A DNA stretch of 42,655 bases from an uncultured Syntrophaceae bacterium (GTDB lineage Bacteria > Desulfobacterota > BSN033 > UBA1163). How positions within the stretch are numbered: the first letter of the stretch is position 1; the number at the start of each line of letters is the position of its first letter. The stretch lies in contig CAYGWV010000048.1 of the NCBI GenBank assembly GCA_964353925.1, positions 1 through 42,655 on the forward strand, given 5' to 3'. Shown here in pieces: positions 1-8,330 of this stretch. The translations under genes and the position numbers were made by a program. A model generated the notes under the pieces. The model saw only the letters and a list, made by a program, of their open reading frames with translations, did not search any database and had not been told where the DNA came from.

Positions 1-85
1 CACGCTCAGGACGAACGGCTAAGTAATTGATATTTAATGTCCCGTGGTCCGTTCGTGGTGAGCCTGTCGAACCAAGAACGGACTT
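1..85. repeat. GC-rich palindromic REP-like element
   Basis: Inverted arms gctcaggacgaacgg (4-18) and ccgttcgtggtgagc (49-63). The N-terminal extension of ORF 37..930 (PFVVSLSNQER) is translated from this element. Confidence 0.5.
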
Positions 86-144
86 ACGACACAGTCTCCA
101 GGGGAGGGGAGATTTTTTATCATTTTTTGGCTACGAGGGAACTG

Positions 145-930
145 ATGATGGATATTTATGTTCTGGTCAAACAGGTTCCTGATCCGGAGGCGATCATAAA
201 AGTTAAATCGGATTCTGAATTGGAGATCGAGAATAAATATTTTACCAACTTCTTCGATGAAATTGCTATCGAAGCCGGTCTGAAATTGAAAGAAAAGTTT
301 GGCGGCAAGGTCACGGTGTTGACCGTAGACAATAAGAAGGCTGACGCCCTGAGAAGAGGGATCGCCATGGGCGCGGATGATGCGATTCAGATCACGGACC
401 CCGCCCTGGAGGGCTCGGATCAGCTTGCTATTGCCAAAGCCTTGGCGGCTTATCTCAAAGATAAACCCTTTGACCTGATATTCGCGGGGAGGCAGGCCAT
501 GGACGATGATGCGGGGATCGTCGGGCCTGCTGTCGCTGAGTTATTAGGGATTCCACATGTCAATACGATCATTGGTCTCGAGATGGAGGACCCGAAGAAA
601 GAGGCAAAGGTGATCCGGGAAGTAGAAGGGGGAAAAGAAATCCTTTCCTGCTCCCTCCCCGCCCTTTTCACCTGCCAGAAAGGCTTGAACCATCCCCGCA
701 TCCCCCAGGTCATGAACGTGATGAAGGCCATGAAGGCACAGATTAAGAAGTTAGATCTCGCAACGCTTGGGCTGAGTGCAGCCGATGCGGGCGGCCCAGC
801 GGCGAAAATAAAAGTCCGGAAGTATTTGCCGCCTCCCAAGAGGCCGCCGGTAAGAATGATCAAAGAAGATTTTCCGGAGAATCTGAAGATACTGGTTAAG
901 CTTCTCAAGGAAGAAGCCAAAGTGATATAA
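145..930 (+). CDS. etfB: electron transfer flavoprotein beta subunit
   Basis: ORF 37..930 trimmed to ATG 145 (or 148) after gaggga. MMDIYVLVKQVPDPEA is a typical EtfB N-terminus, and etfA follows. Confidence 0.9.
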   Translation: MMDIYVLVKQVPDPEAIIKVKSDSELEIENKYFTNFFDEIAIEAGLKLKEKFGGKVTVLTVDNKKADALRRGIAMGADDAIQITDPALEGSDQLAIAKALAAYLKDKPFDLIFAGRQAMDDDAGIVGPAVAELLGIPHVNTIIGLEMEDPKKEAKVIREVEGGKEILSCSLPALFTCQKGLNHPRIPQVMNVMKAMKAQIKKLDLATLGLSAADAGGPAAKIKVRKYLPPPKRPPVRMIKEDFPENLKILVKLLKEEAKVI

Positions 931-1076
931 ATGCGGATTACAGATTGCGGAATGCGGATTTTGGATTGCGGATTGAAATTCTAATTCTAAAAAATTAGCC
1001 TTTTAAATTTTCCCAATTCGGGACAAGATTTATTTGCGCTTTAATTCCGCAATCCGCATTCCCCAATCCGCAATAA
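931..1076. repeat. low-complexity word palindrome (attgcgga words)
   Basis: The left arm tgcggaatgcggattttggattgcggatt is mirrored by aattccgcaatccgcattccccaatccgcaat. It fills the etfB-etfA spacer. Confidence 0.7.
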
Positions 1077-1092
1077 AAAGGGGGTGCAAGTC

Positions 1093-2082
1093 ATGCCTAA
1101 TGAGATATGGGTCTTTGCAGAGCAACAAGAGGGGAAGGTCAGAAAAGTGACCTTCGAGCTCCTCACCGCGGGAGCGGAGTTTTCAAAAAAGACAAACCAG
1201 GCGGTCGGAGCGATCCTTTTGGGAAGCGGTCTTCAAGAAACGGCAAAGAGCCTGACTTCTTTTGCTGATAAAATCTACCTGGTGGATGACCCCTCCCTCG
1301 CTTCATACACTTCCGAGGCCTATTTAATCAATATGGCTCCCTTAATTAAGGAGCATCAACCTTCTGTTCTTTTGGGAGGAGCCACCTCGACGGGAAAGGA
1401 TCTTTTTCCAAGGCTGGCCATGCATCTCCAAACAGGTTATGCCCCTGACTGCACGGGTCTTGCCGTTGAAGACAATGGAAAGCTTATCGCCAAACGCCCC
1501 ATTTATGGAGGAAAGGTCTTTGCAGAGATGGTCTTTTCGGAAGCCAGGCCCCAGATGGCTACGGTAAGGAATAATACTTTTATCGCTAATCAAAATCTCA
1601 ATAAGTCAGCCCAGGTCATTCCGATTTCGTCTAAAACGGATTCCTCCTCATTGAAAATGAAAGTCCTCGGACTGGAGAAGGCAGCTGGAATGAAGCTGGA
1701 TATCACGGAGGCTGAAATCGTGGTGGCAGCTGGAAGGGGGATCAAAGCACCTGAAAATTTTAAGATGCTCGAAGATCTGGCTGATGTGCTCAATGCCTCT
1801 GTAGGGACCACTCGAGCCACGGTTGATGAAGGCTGGAGGGACCAGAAGGATCAGATCGGCAAGAGCGGGAAGAATATCTCCACTAAACTCTACATGGCCT
1901 TTGGAATTTCAGGGGCCATCCACCATATCCTGGGGATCGGGACATGCAAAACAGTGGTGGCTGTGGATACGGATCCAAATGCCCTCATTTTCAACTATGC
2001 AGATTATGGGATCGTTGGAGATCTTTTCCAGATCGTTCCAGCGCTGACTGAAGAGTTGAAAAGGACTTTGTCAGACGCATAG
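1093..2082 (+). CDS. etfA: electron transfer flavoprotein alpha subunit
   Basis: ORF 1084..2082, with ATG 1093 lying 8 nt after aaggggg. The C-terminal FAD-binding region (YMAFGISGAIHHILG) is typical of EtfA. Confidence 0.9.
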   Translation: MPNEIWVFAEQQEGKVRKVTFELLTAGAEFSKKTNQAVGAILLGSGLQETAKSLTSFADKIYLVDDPSLASYTSEAYLINMAPLIKEHQPSVLLGGATSTGKDLFPRLAMHLQTGYAPDCTGLAVEDNGKLIAKRPIYGGKVFAEMVFSEARPQMATVRNNTFIANQNLNKSAQVIPISSKTDSSSLKMKVLGLEKAAGMKLDITEAEIVVAAGRGIKAPENFKMLEDLADVLNASVGTTRATVDEGWRDQKDQIGKSGKNISTKLYMAFGISGAIHHILGIGTCKTVVAVDTDPNALIFNYADYGIVGDLFQIVPALTEELKRTLSDA

Positions 2083-2097
2083 CACAGAGTGCATGGG

Positions 2098-2222
2098 ATA
2101 TGGAATCACCAAATTTCAAGCACCAAATTTCAAATAAATCCCAATCACCCAAATTTAAAACAAAACATTCCTGGTTATTTGAAATTGGAATTTGGAATTT
2201 GCGATTTGGGATTTTAGCGACT
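2098..2222. repeat. low-complexity word palindrome (aaatttca / ttgaaatt words)
   Basis: caccaaatttcaagcaccaaatttcaaataaatcccaat is mirrored by ttatttgaaattggaatttggaatttgcgatttgggatt. Confidence 0.7.
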
Positions 2223-2245
2223 GCGGATTTTGCGAAAGGGAAACG

Positions 2246-3535
2246 ATGGATAAAGTGGATGTGATTATTGTGGGCGGGGGATTGGCAGGTCTTTCCTGCG
2301 CCTACGAACTGGCCGATTCAGGGATGACCGTCATCGTCCTGGAGCGGGGAGATTTCTCTGGAAGTAAGAATGTGACAGGAGGAAGGATTTATGTCGGTCT
2401 GATCCGCAATTACCTTCCAGATCTCTGGAAAGAGGCGCCTTTAGAAAGGCACGTGACCAAGGAGTTCATTACCTTATTGGGCGAAATGAATTCGACCACC
2501 TTTGAATTTTATAGCGACCGGTTTAATCGGCAGCCCTACCCCAGTTACACCATCCTCAGAGCCAAGTTCGATCGATGGCTCGCTGACCTCGTCTCAGAAA
2601 AAGGGGTGTTCGTCATCCCTCAAAAGAATGTCAAGGATCTCATCAAAGACGGAGAGAAAATCATGGGTGTCAAGACTGAGGATGAGGAGATCGGTTCAGA
2701 CTGTGTCGTGGCGTCGGATGGAATCCTCTCTTTCTTGGCTGAGAAGGCAGGACTCCGAAAACCTTTTCAACCCCAACATTTTGCCGTGGGGTTTAAAGAG
2801 GTGATCGCCCTTGATTCGAAAGCCATTGAGGATCGATTCCGACTGGGAGAAAACGAGGGCGCAGCCCAGCTTTTTGTCGGCTCCCTTACCCGGGGAATGA
2901 TGGGAGGAGGTTTTCTCTATACCAATCGGGATAGCCTCTCTCTTGGAATCGTTGTGGGAATTGAATCGCTCAATCAGAGAGAACCCCGTGAGGAAATTTA
3001 TAAATTCTTAGACGCATTTAAAGAAAGGCCCGAGATCAAAAATTTGATCAGGGGTGGAGAGGTCGTTGAATATTCCGCTCACCTCATTTCGGAAGGGGGT
3101 CTCCACATCAAACCGAAGATCTACGGAGAGGGAATTTTGGTTACAGGGGATGCGGCAGGCCTGGGCCTCAACATGCTGGTCACCGTAAGAGGCATGGAAT
3201 ATGCCATGGTTTCAGGTGTCCTGGCTGGAAGGGCGATCAAGAGGGCAAAAGAGAAGAATGATTTTTCTGCTTCCTCCCTGGCCTATTATGAGAAGCTTCT
3301 CAATGAAAGTTTTATCATTAAAGAAATGAATCATTTTAAGAACACCCTTTCGATCCTGGAGAACAAGAGGCTTTTTTCCAAATATCCACAGGCCATCTCA
3401 AATCTCTTCGAGAAGGTGATGAGGGTGGACGAGCACCCCAAGGAAGGGCTTTACAAAACCATCTCCAAAGTGGTGAAGAAAGAATTTTTTAACCTGGAAA
3501 CCCTGAAGGATTTACTCCAACTCAGGAAGATATAG
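2246..3535 (+). CDS. fixC: ETF-associated FAD-dependent oxidoreductase (FixC / ETF-quinone oxidoreductase-like)
   Basis: ORF 2192..3535 trimmed to ATG 2246. It has the dinucleotide-binding fingerprint VDVIIVGGGLAGLSCA and sits between etfA and a FixX-type ferredoxin. Confidence 0.85.
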   Translation: MDKVDVIIVGGGLAGLSCAYELADSGMTVIVLERGDFSGSKNVTGGRIYVGLIRNYLPDLWKEAPLERHVTKEFITLLGEMNSTTFEFYSDRFNRQPYPSYTILRAKFDRWLADLVSEKGVFVIPQKNVKDLIKDGEKIMGVKTEDEEIGSDCVVASDGILSFLAEKAGLRKPFQPQHFAVGFKEVIALDSKAIEDRFRLGENEGAAQLFVGSLTRGMMGGGFLYTNRDSLSLGIVVGIESLNQREPREEIYKFLDAFKERPEIKNLIRGGEVVEYSAHLISEGGLHIKPKIYGEGILVTGDAAGLGLNMLVTVRGMEYAMVSGVLAGRAIKRAKEKNDFSASSLAYYEKLLNESFIIKEMNHFKNTLSILENKRLFSKYPQAISNLFEKVMRVDEHPKEGLYKTISKVVKKEFFNLETLKDLLQLRKI

Positions 3536-3544
3536 CCTTTTCGT

Positions 3545-3768
3545 CGAAGTGCTGCTGTCATCATTCCTGCGAAGGCAGAGCTTGCCCCCGCACTTGATGC
3601 GGGGAATCCATGCTGCCTGAGTTCTAGCTCCCTGTATTCACAGGGACAAACCTGGATTCCCGTTTTCACGCTTGCGTGCCCTGCCTTCGCCCCGCAAAGC
3701 GGGGCTTCGGGCAGGCAGGCGAAGCGCTTCAGCGCGCAGGCACGGGAATGACGGAACCGAAAGAGTTA
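3545..3768. repeat. cluster of GC-rich REP-like palindromes
   Basis: Outer arms are tcatcattcctgcgaaggcag and gcaggcacgggaatgacgg. Inner hairpins include gccccgcaaagcggggc. A related element occurs at 32437-32480. Confidence 0.7.
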
Positions 3769-3792
3769 CCAAGTTGAACGGAGGTCTGAAAA

Positions 3793-4065
3793 ATGAAGAT
3801 CACCGAAAAGCTGGCCCTCGATGCCTTTAAAAACGATAAAGAAACCCACATCACCCTTGATCAAAAAATCTGTCACCCCTGTAAAGAACGATTCTGCATT
3901 TATGCCTGCCCGGCAAACCTTTACGCCCTCACTGAAAAAGAAGAGATAACCGTCGAATTTGCCGGGTGCCTGGAATGCGGCACCTGCATGATTGCCTGCG
4001 TCTATGGTTCCGTAAAATGGAAATATCCCAAAAGCGGATTTGGTGTCCAGTATCGGTTTGGATGA
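3793..4065 (+). CDS. fixX: FixX-type ferredoxin-like protein
   Basis: 90 aa with the Cys pattern CHPCKERFCIYACP ... CLECGTCMIAC, in the expected position after fixC. Confidence 0.85.
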   Translation: MKITEKLALDAFKNDKETHITLDQKICHPCKERFCIYACPANLYALTEKEEITVEFAGCLECGTCMIACVYGSVKWKYPKSGFGVQYRFG

Positions 4066-4130
4066 CGGAAATCAAATCAACCTTCGACAACGCTCTGGCG
4101 CTGATTCGTTACCCGCCTGACGCGAACTCC

Positions 4131-4301
4131 TCAGCCCAATTTCTTCCATGTTCCCAGACTTTCTTGAGATGTTAAAATTTGATGGTCACCCCCTTCTTCT
4201 TTCAGAACGACCCAATCACCGCCCAAAACCACTCTTGCTACTTCATAGATTTTCCCAGTATCGGGCTTAATAAACCTGTCGCCCTCCTTAGCCCTTTCCA
4301 C
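4131..4301 (-). CDS. hypothetical small protein (56 aa, below the ORF-track cutoff)
   Basis: My own translation: GTG 4301 to TGA 4131 gives MERAKEGDRFIKPDTGKIYEVARVVLGGDWVVLKEEGGDHQILTSQESLGTWKKLG. A near-consensus promoter lies about 55 nt upstream. The start codon is uncertain. Confidence 0.3.
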   Translation of the reverse strand: MERAKEGDRFIKPDTGKIYEVARVVLGGDWVVLKEEGGDHQILTSQESLGTWKKLG

Positions 4302-4354
4302 AGTTCCCCGCCCCCGGTTTAAAGTCCAAGTCGATCACCTCATCTTCGATGGAG

Positions 4355-4383
4355 AGTGTATTAAATTAGGAACGGAGTGTCAA
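4355..4383 (-). promoter_or_regulatory. sigma70-like promoter, TTGACA-17-TACACT
   Basis: On the minus strand the sequence reads ttgaca ctccgttcctaatttaa tacact. Confidence 0.45.
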
Positions 4384-4628
4384 TTAAAGAATTGGAAGGA
4401 TGTCTTGGGGGTTCCTCGATCGAGTAAACCTCTCTTGAAGACTCCAAGCGTTGACACTCTTAATCAAACGGTGTAAATTTCTTGTTAATACAAACGATTC
4501 CCTCATAAGGAAAAACGTTTTTTTGGAGAGAGCTCCGTCTTTTGGGAAGAGGATTCTTGAGTATCGGTAGATAGCCGCGGAGGACAGGGCTCTGTAGCGT
4601 TATACAGGGAAATAGCGCAGAGTAAAAA

Positions 4629-5219
4629 ATGAATATACAAAAAGGTTTTCTTAAATTCACATTGGTATTATCTATTCTTGTTGGAGCCATCATCCCCGTT
4701 TGCCATGAGCGGTTTTTTGATAAGAGTGACATCGATGTAACCCTTCCTGAGAATTGGAGACGAATATCTACACGAGAGAAATTGGATAGCCTTGGCGGAC
4801 TTTTGTCAAAAGACGCTCCTTTCTCCCTGCTATCTGAAATCAAACAATTCAAGATCAGAAGGGAGTTAAAGAAAATGATTGTTGACAAAGAAGACGAAGT
4901 ATTGAGGGATGGGTTTAACTACAGTTTTGGTTTTCATTTTTATCTTGGATGGGAGGAATTAAGTCTCTTGGGCTTGGCAGGATTTGCATCCGTCTGGATA
5001 CTCTATGTCGCTGTAAGAGTGATCATTCTCTTGATTCCGTCCGCGCCGATGATACATTTCGCCTCACTTCCCTTGAGCGGGCGAATAGAATCTCTCAATT
5101 TCCATATGGGGTGTCAACCGGCCTCTCTTCCCGGTGTTAAGATAACTCTCTTTGGTTTCCTCGTTCTTGAAGAAGGACCCAAAAGGCCGGGAAAGCCAGG
5201 AGCGGTCTGGATAGATTAA
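4629..5219 (+). CDS. hypothetical membrane protein
   Basis: 196-aa ORF with hydrophobic segments (FTLVLSILVGAIIPV, LLGLAGFASVWILYVAVRVIILLI). I recognise no family, and the RBS is weak. Confidence 0.5.
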   Translation: MNIQKGFLKFTLVLSILVGAIIPVCHERFFDKSDIDVTLPENWRRISTREKLDSLGGLLSKDAPFSLLSEIKQFKIRRELKKMIVDKEDEVLRDGFNYSFGFHFYLGWEELSLLGLAGFASVWILYVAVRVIILLIPSAPMIHFASLPLSGRIESLNFHMGCQPASLPGVKITLFGFLVLEEGPKRPGKPGAVWID

Positions 5220-5633
5220 ACAGAGCAAAGATGTGTAACTTATCGCCTGGAGCGACCAGACAGGCGGGCGGGAGATAGAAATGAGTGATTTGCCGGAGCA
5301 TGTTTTATGGAACGACGGAATTGGTCGAAGTCAGTAACGAATTTTCCAAGCGGAGATTCCTCGTCTTGAGGATTTCATTTTCTTTCAGAACCCAGTTCCG
5401 ATTACCCATTCCTGTCCTAAGAAATTCTTAAGTGAATTCCGCTCATCCATTGACTGGTGGAATCGAATTTCTTTGACTGAAAGGAATTTACTGGTTGATG
5501 TGATTCAAGGGAAAGTTTTTCACATTTTTAGATAAGGGATTGAGGACTTTTGTGAAAATTCTTTCCACTTTTGGTTTTCATTAAAATAGGTGGAATTATA
5601 GAAAAGGTATGAATTATCATGGTCTTACAGCCA

Positions 5634-5662
5634 TTGACAAAAATTGGCACTAAAGTTGCTAT
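5634..5662 (+). promoter_or_regulatory. sigma70-like promoter, TTGACA-17-TGCTAT
   Basis: ttgaca at 5634-5639 and tgctat at 5657-5662, about 50 nt upstream of the 5710 ORF. Confidence 0.4.
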
Positions 5663-5709
5663 ATTTAGCTTATTGCTTTTATTCTATCCTATGAGGAAGG
5701 ACTCCAGAT

Positions 5710-5892
5710 ATGGTAGCCTATGAATTTTACTGGCGCGATGAAATAGGGAAAGAGCACCTTGTTGGGATACTCCCAGAGAGAAGGAAAAACTCACTGAGAA
5801 TAACCAAGGAGTCTATCCTGAATTGGGTATGGATGGTGATTGGCGATAATTTAGAAAGTAACAATGTCTATTTCGTTCAAGTAGAATTGTAG
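5710..5892 (+). CDS. hypothetical small protein (60 aa)
   Basis: aggaagga RBS 8 nt upstream of the ATG, with its own promoter and terminator. No family recognised. Confidence 0.5.
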   Translation: MVAYEFYWRDEIGKEHLVGILPERRKNSLRITKESILNWVWMVIGDNLESNNVYFVQVEL

Positions 5893-5969
5893 ATGAAATT
5901 TTCAGGCAGAAATGATTTGAATCGCGAAGCGCCCCAAAACTGAATCAATGTTCGATTGTCAAAAGCGGA

Positions 5970-5999
5970 AGCAGGGTCAGAGATGACCCTGCTTTTTTT
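5970..5999 (+). terminator. rho-independent terminator
   Basis: Stem gcagggtca / tgaccctgc with loop gaga, followed by tttttt. Confidence 0.75.
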
Positions 6000-6466
6000 A
6001 TTCCTTTGGGACGAGCAAGACATTCTGTCTCAAGTTCAATATAAATTGGGCATGAGGCGAAAGATCATCCATGGCTCATCAGGAATCACGGGAAGGGTAC
6101 CTGTGAAGTTTGTAAGAAAGGGGGATCTATTGAAGCTTGTCTAAATGCGTCTTCCCGAGCACTCCCTCTCTCCAGGCTCTTGTGCGAAGGATTCTGTGAT
6201 AGGCAACATTCTTCTTCGCATATTCCAAGGGTTCCCCGGCATCCCCTCAATTCTTACCGTTCATTAACACTTTCCTGCCCTTGTTTTTCCTTGCTTCATC
6301 CGATATTTCTTGTTAAAATCCCACTACAAATCCGCAGATCGGGGCTTCGAATCACCCCTGCCGTGTCATGGACTCTACACGGTGCATCACCGTGCCGAAG
6401 CTTACAGGGTCTATGACGCCAATCGGCGCGCCATTCATTTATAGTGAGTATCGTAAATCAAAGAGG

Positions 6467-6925
6467 ATGGGTAAGGAAATTGATGAGACCTATATGAAGA
6501 TGGCTCTGGAAGAGGCAGAGAAGGCTGGCGAACGAGGGGAAGTTCCAGTGGGAGCCATTTTATTAAGAGGAGATCAGGTGCTGGCAAAAGATCACAATCG
6601 CTGCATCGAGCTCAGCGACCCCACTGCCCATGCAGAAATTCTTGTCCTTCGAAAAGGAGGGGAGATTTTGAGAAACTACCGATTGAATGGAACAGTGATG
6701 TATGTGACAGCAGAGCCTTGCCCGATGTGTGTTTCCGCAATGATTCACGGCAGGATATCGAGATTGGTCTTTGGATCACTTGAGCCGAAATTTGGGGCAG
6801 TGGAATCAAAATTTAGATTGTTGAACGATAAGGGCCTGAATCACAAAGTGAAGGTTGATCGAGGTATTCTCGAAAAAGAATGTGGCGAAATCTTGAAGGC
6901 TTTTTTCAGAGAAAGAAGAGAGTAA
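6467..6925 (+). CDS. tadA: tRNA-specific adenosine deaminase
   Basis: ORF 6368..6925 trimmed to ATG 6467. It carries the deaminase zinc motifs HAEI and PCPMC. Confidence 0.9.
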   Translation: MGKEIDETYMKMALEEAEKAGERGEVPVGAILLRGDQVLAKDHNRCIELSDPTAHAEILVLRKGGEILRNYRLNGTVMYVTAEPCPMCVSAMIHGRISRLVFGSLEPKFGAVESKFRLLNDKGLNHKVKVDRGILEKECGEILKAFFRERRE

Positions 6926-6928
6926 AAC

Positions 6929-7020
6929 TAAGGTTTAGGTTAAGGTTGAGGCTGAGGATAAAGAAAAAATTAGGTTAAGGATAAGGTTAAGGAGAAAAGG
7001 AAAAAGGTTTGAGCTATAAG
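6929..7020. repeat. low-complexity aaggtt word repeats
   Basis: aaggtttaggttaaggttgaggctgagg ... ttaggttaaggataaggttaagg. Confidence 0.6.
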
Positions 7021-7058
7021 GTTGAATGTCTAAAGTATTTTGCTGAAAGCAAAATCCA

Positions 7059-7087
7059 GGAGAGATTGCCGAGTGGTTGAAGGCGCC
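7059..7087 (+). pseudogene. 5' fragment of a tRNA-Ser-like gene (acceptor strand plus D arm only)
   Basis: ggagagattgccgagtggttgaaggcgcc parallels the first 29-30 nt of the two intact tRNA-Ser genes. No anticodon arm, T arm or 3' acceptor strand follows. Confidence 0.5.
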
Positions 7088-7237
7088 ATCCTACGCTGAA
7101 GCTACGGATGGGAAGCCAGCCTATTTAGCCGAGGAAGCTTTGATAAAAGCGTAGTCGGCCGCTGAAGCTACGGATGGCAAGCCGGATTATAGTAGAATCC
7201 TTTAGCCAACGAAGCTGAAAGCGAAGTTGGTCACCCT
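7088..7237. repeat. REP-like hairpin cluster
   Basis: Two copies of gctgaagctacggatgg(g/c)aagcc plus the hairpin ccaac...gttgg. Related words follow both tRNA-Ser genes (gccaaggct(c/t)(t/c)gtctggcaggccag). Confidence 0.6.
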
Positions 7238-7272
7238 CTGGCACGAACCATTTAAGGTTCGTGCCAGTTTTG
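7238..7272 (+). terminator. strong rho-independent terminator
   Basis: Perfect 12-bp stem ctggcacgaacc / ggttcgtgccag, followed by ttttgagtt. Confidence 0.8.
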
Positions 7273-7325
7273 AGTTATGAAGGATGGATGATCGAATAAA
7301 TCGTCTTAATTTGTTTGAGATAGTT

Positions 7326-7415
7326 GGAGAGGTTGCCGAGTTGGCTTAAGGCGCCGCTCTCGAAAAGCGGTTCTCCCGAAAGGAGACGTGGGTTCGAATC
7401 CCACCCTCTCCGCCA
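7326..7415 (+). tRNA. tRNA-Ser (anticodon CGA), CCA encoded
   Basis: Hand-folded: acceptor ggagagg/cctctcc, anticodon arm ccgct-ctCGAaa-agcgg, long variable arm, T loop ttcgaat. Confidence 0.9.
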
Positions 7416-7711
7416 TCCTATGCCAAGGCTCTGTCTGGCAGGCCAGTTAAAGAAATATTTAATGGGATGAGAACCTTCCCCGACGGGAGGAGGGGAATTG
7501 GTTCGGCGACCGTAGGAAGGCGGAAGGAGCGAAGCGACTGAGCACATCCCACCCTCTCCGCCATCCTATGCCAAGGCTCTGTCTGGCAGGCCAGTTAAAG
7601 AAATATTTAATGGGATGAGAACCTTCCCCGACGTGAGGAGGGGAATTGGTTCGGCGACCGTAGGAAGGCGGAAGGAGCGAAGCGGATGAGCACATCCCAC
7701 CCTCTCCGCCA
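7398..7711 (+). repeat. 148-bp tandem direct repeat (2 units plus 18 bp), each unit starting with the last 18 nt of tRNA-Ser(CGA)
   Basis: atcccaccctctccgcca occurs at 7398, 7546 and 7694. The intervening units differ at about 3 positions. Confidence 0.9.
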
Positions 7712-7712
7712 G

Positions 7713-7739
7713 AAAGTTTGCAGAGCAAATTTTACTTAA
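7713..7739 (+). terminator. AT-rich hairpin after the tRNA/repeat block
   Basis: aaagtttgc-aga-gcaaatttt, followed by a short T/A-rich tail (acttaa). A near-identical hairpin follows tRNA-Ser(GGA). Confidence 0.4.
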
Positions 7740-7909
7740 GGCTTATAACTTTTAACCTTGAACCACTAAGCCAAAGGTTAAAAGTCTATCGTTTGAAGTA
7801 TCTCGCCTTTCGCGAGATCTGTGAGAACCCATAACTTGTAACTTGAGGTATAAAAAGTTAAAAATTAGAGATATACTCATTGATTGTATTTCACGTATGG
7901 CCAGACCAC

Positions 7910-8002
7910 GGAGAGATGCCCGAGAGGCCGAAGGGGCACGATTGGAAATCGTGTATTCCGCTAATAACGGGATCGAGGGTTCGAATCCCTCTCTCTCCGC
8001 CA
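7910..8002 (+). tRNA. tRNA-Ser (anticodon GGA), CCA encoded
   Basis: Acceptor ggagaga/tctctcc, anticodon arm cacga-ttGGAaa-tcgtg, long variable arm, T loop ttcgaat. Confidence 0.9.
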
Positions 8003-8033
8003 GACTACGCCAAGGCTTCGTCTGGCAGGCCAG

Positions 8034-8060
8034 AAAATTTGCAGAGCAAATTTTACTTTT
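8034..8060 (+). terminator. AT-rich hairpin after tRNA-Ser(GGA)
   Basis: aaaatttgc-aga-gcaaatttt, followed by actttt. Confidence 0.4.
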
Positions 8061-8139
8061 AGCTTTTCACCTATGACTTTTGACCTTTTAGAGTTGCATG
8101 TTATAAGTTCTAAGTCGAAAGTATCTTCCGAAAGAAGAT

Positions 8140-8253
8140 CTTGTTGATAGTCGGGTCCTGCGCAACAAAAGATTACAAACCCCGTCAGGTCCGGAAGGAA
8201 GCAGCGGTAGTAATCCCCTTTGTGTGCCGCAGGGGAGCCTGGCTATCAACAAG
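8140..8253 (+). ncRNA. ffs: signal recognition particle RNA (small/4.5S type)
   Basis: Conserved domain IV sequence gtcaggtccggaaggaagcagc and closing helix cttgttgatag / ctatcaacaag. It lies immediately upstream of dnaX-ybaB-recR, a common arrangement. Confidence 0.85.
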
Positions 8254-8330
8254 TTATATACGGAAAGAGAGCTGACGGGCGTCGGCTGACAGTTGACCGC
8301 TTGTAGCCTATATTTCATAATTTGAATTCA

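Noticed and set aside
6341-6358. T-arm-like sequence ggggcttcgaatcacccc, suggesting a tRNA or the 3' end of a tmRNA.
   Set aside because: The stem has a mismatch, no acceptor stem or CCA context can be built around it, and no tmRNA 5' end or tag reading frame is nearby.
7398-7711. Possible CRISPR array.
   Set aside because: The units are contiguous 148-bp copies with no unique spacers, there are only two and a fraction copies, and no cas genes are present.
7275-7728. Two overlapping about 90-aa minus-strand ORFs with near-identical sequences, which could be taken for duplicated small genes.
   Set aside because: They are translations of tRNA-Ser(CGA) and the 148-bp tandem repeat, so the similarity simply reflects the DNA repeat.
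8088-8318. 76-aa minus-strand ORF upstream of dnaX.
   Set aside because: It overlaps the SRP RNA gene on the opposite strand. The conserved domain IV sequence explains the region.
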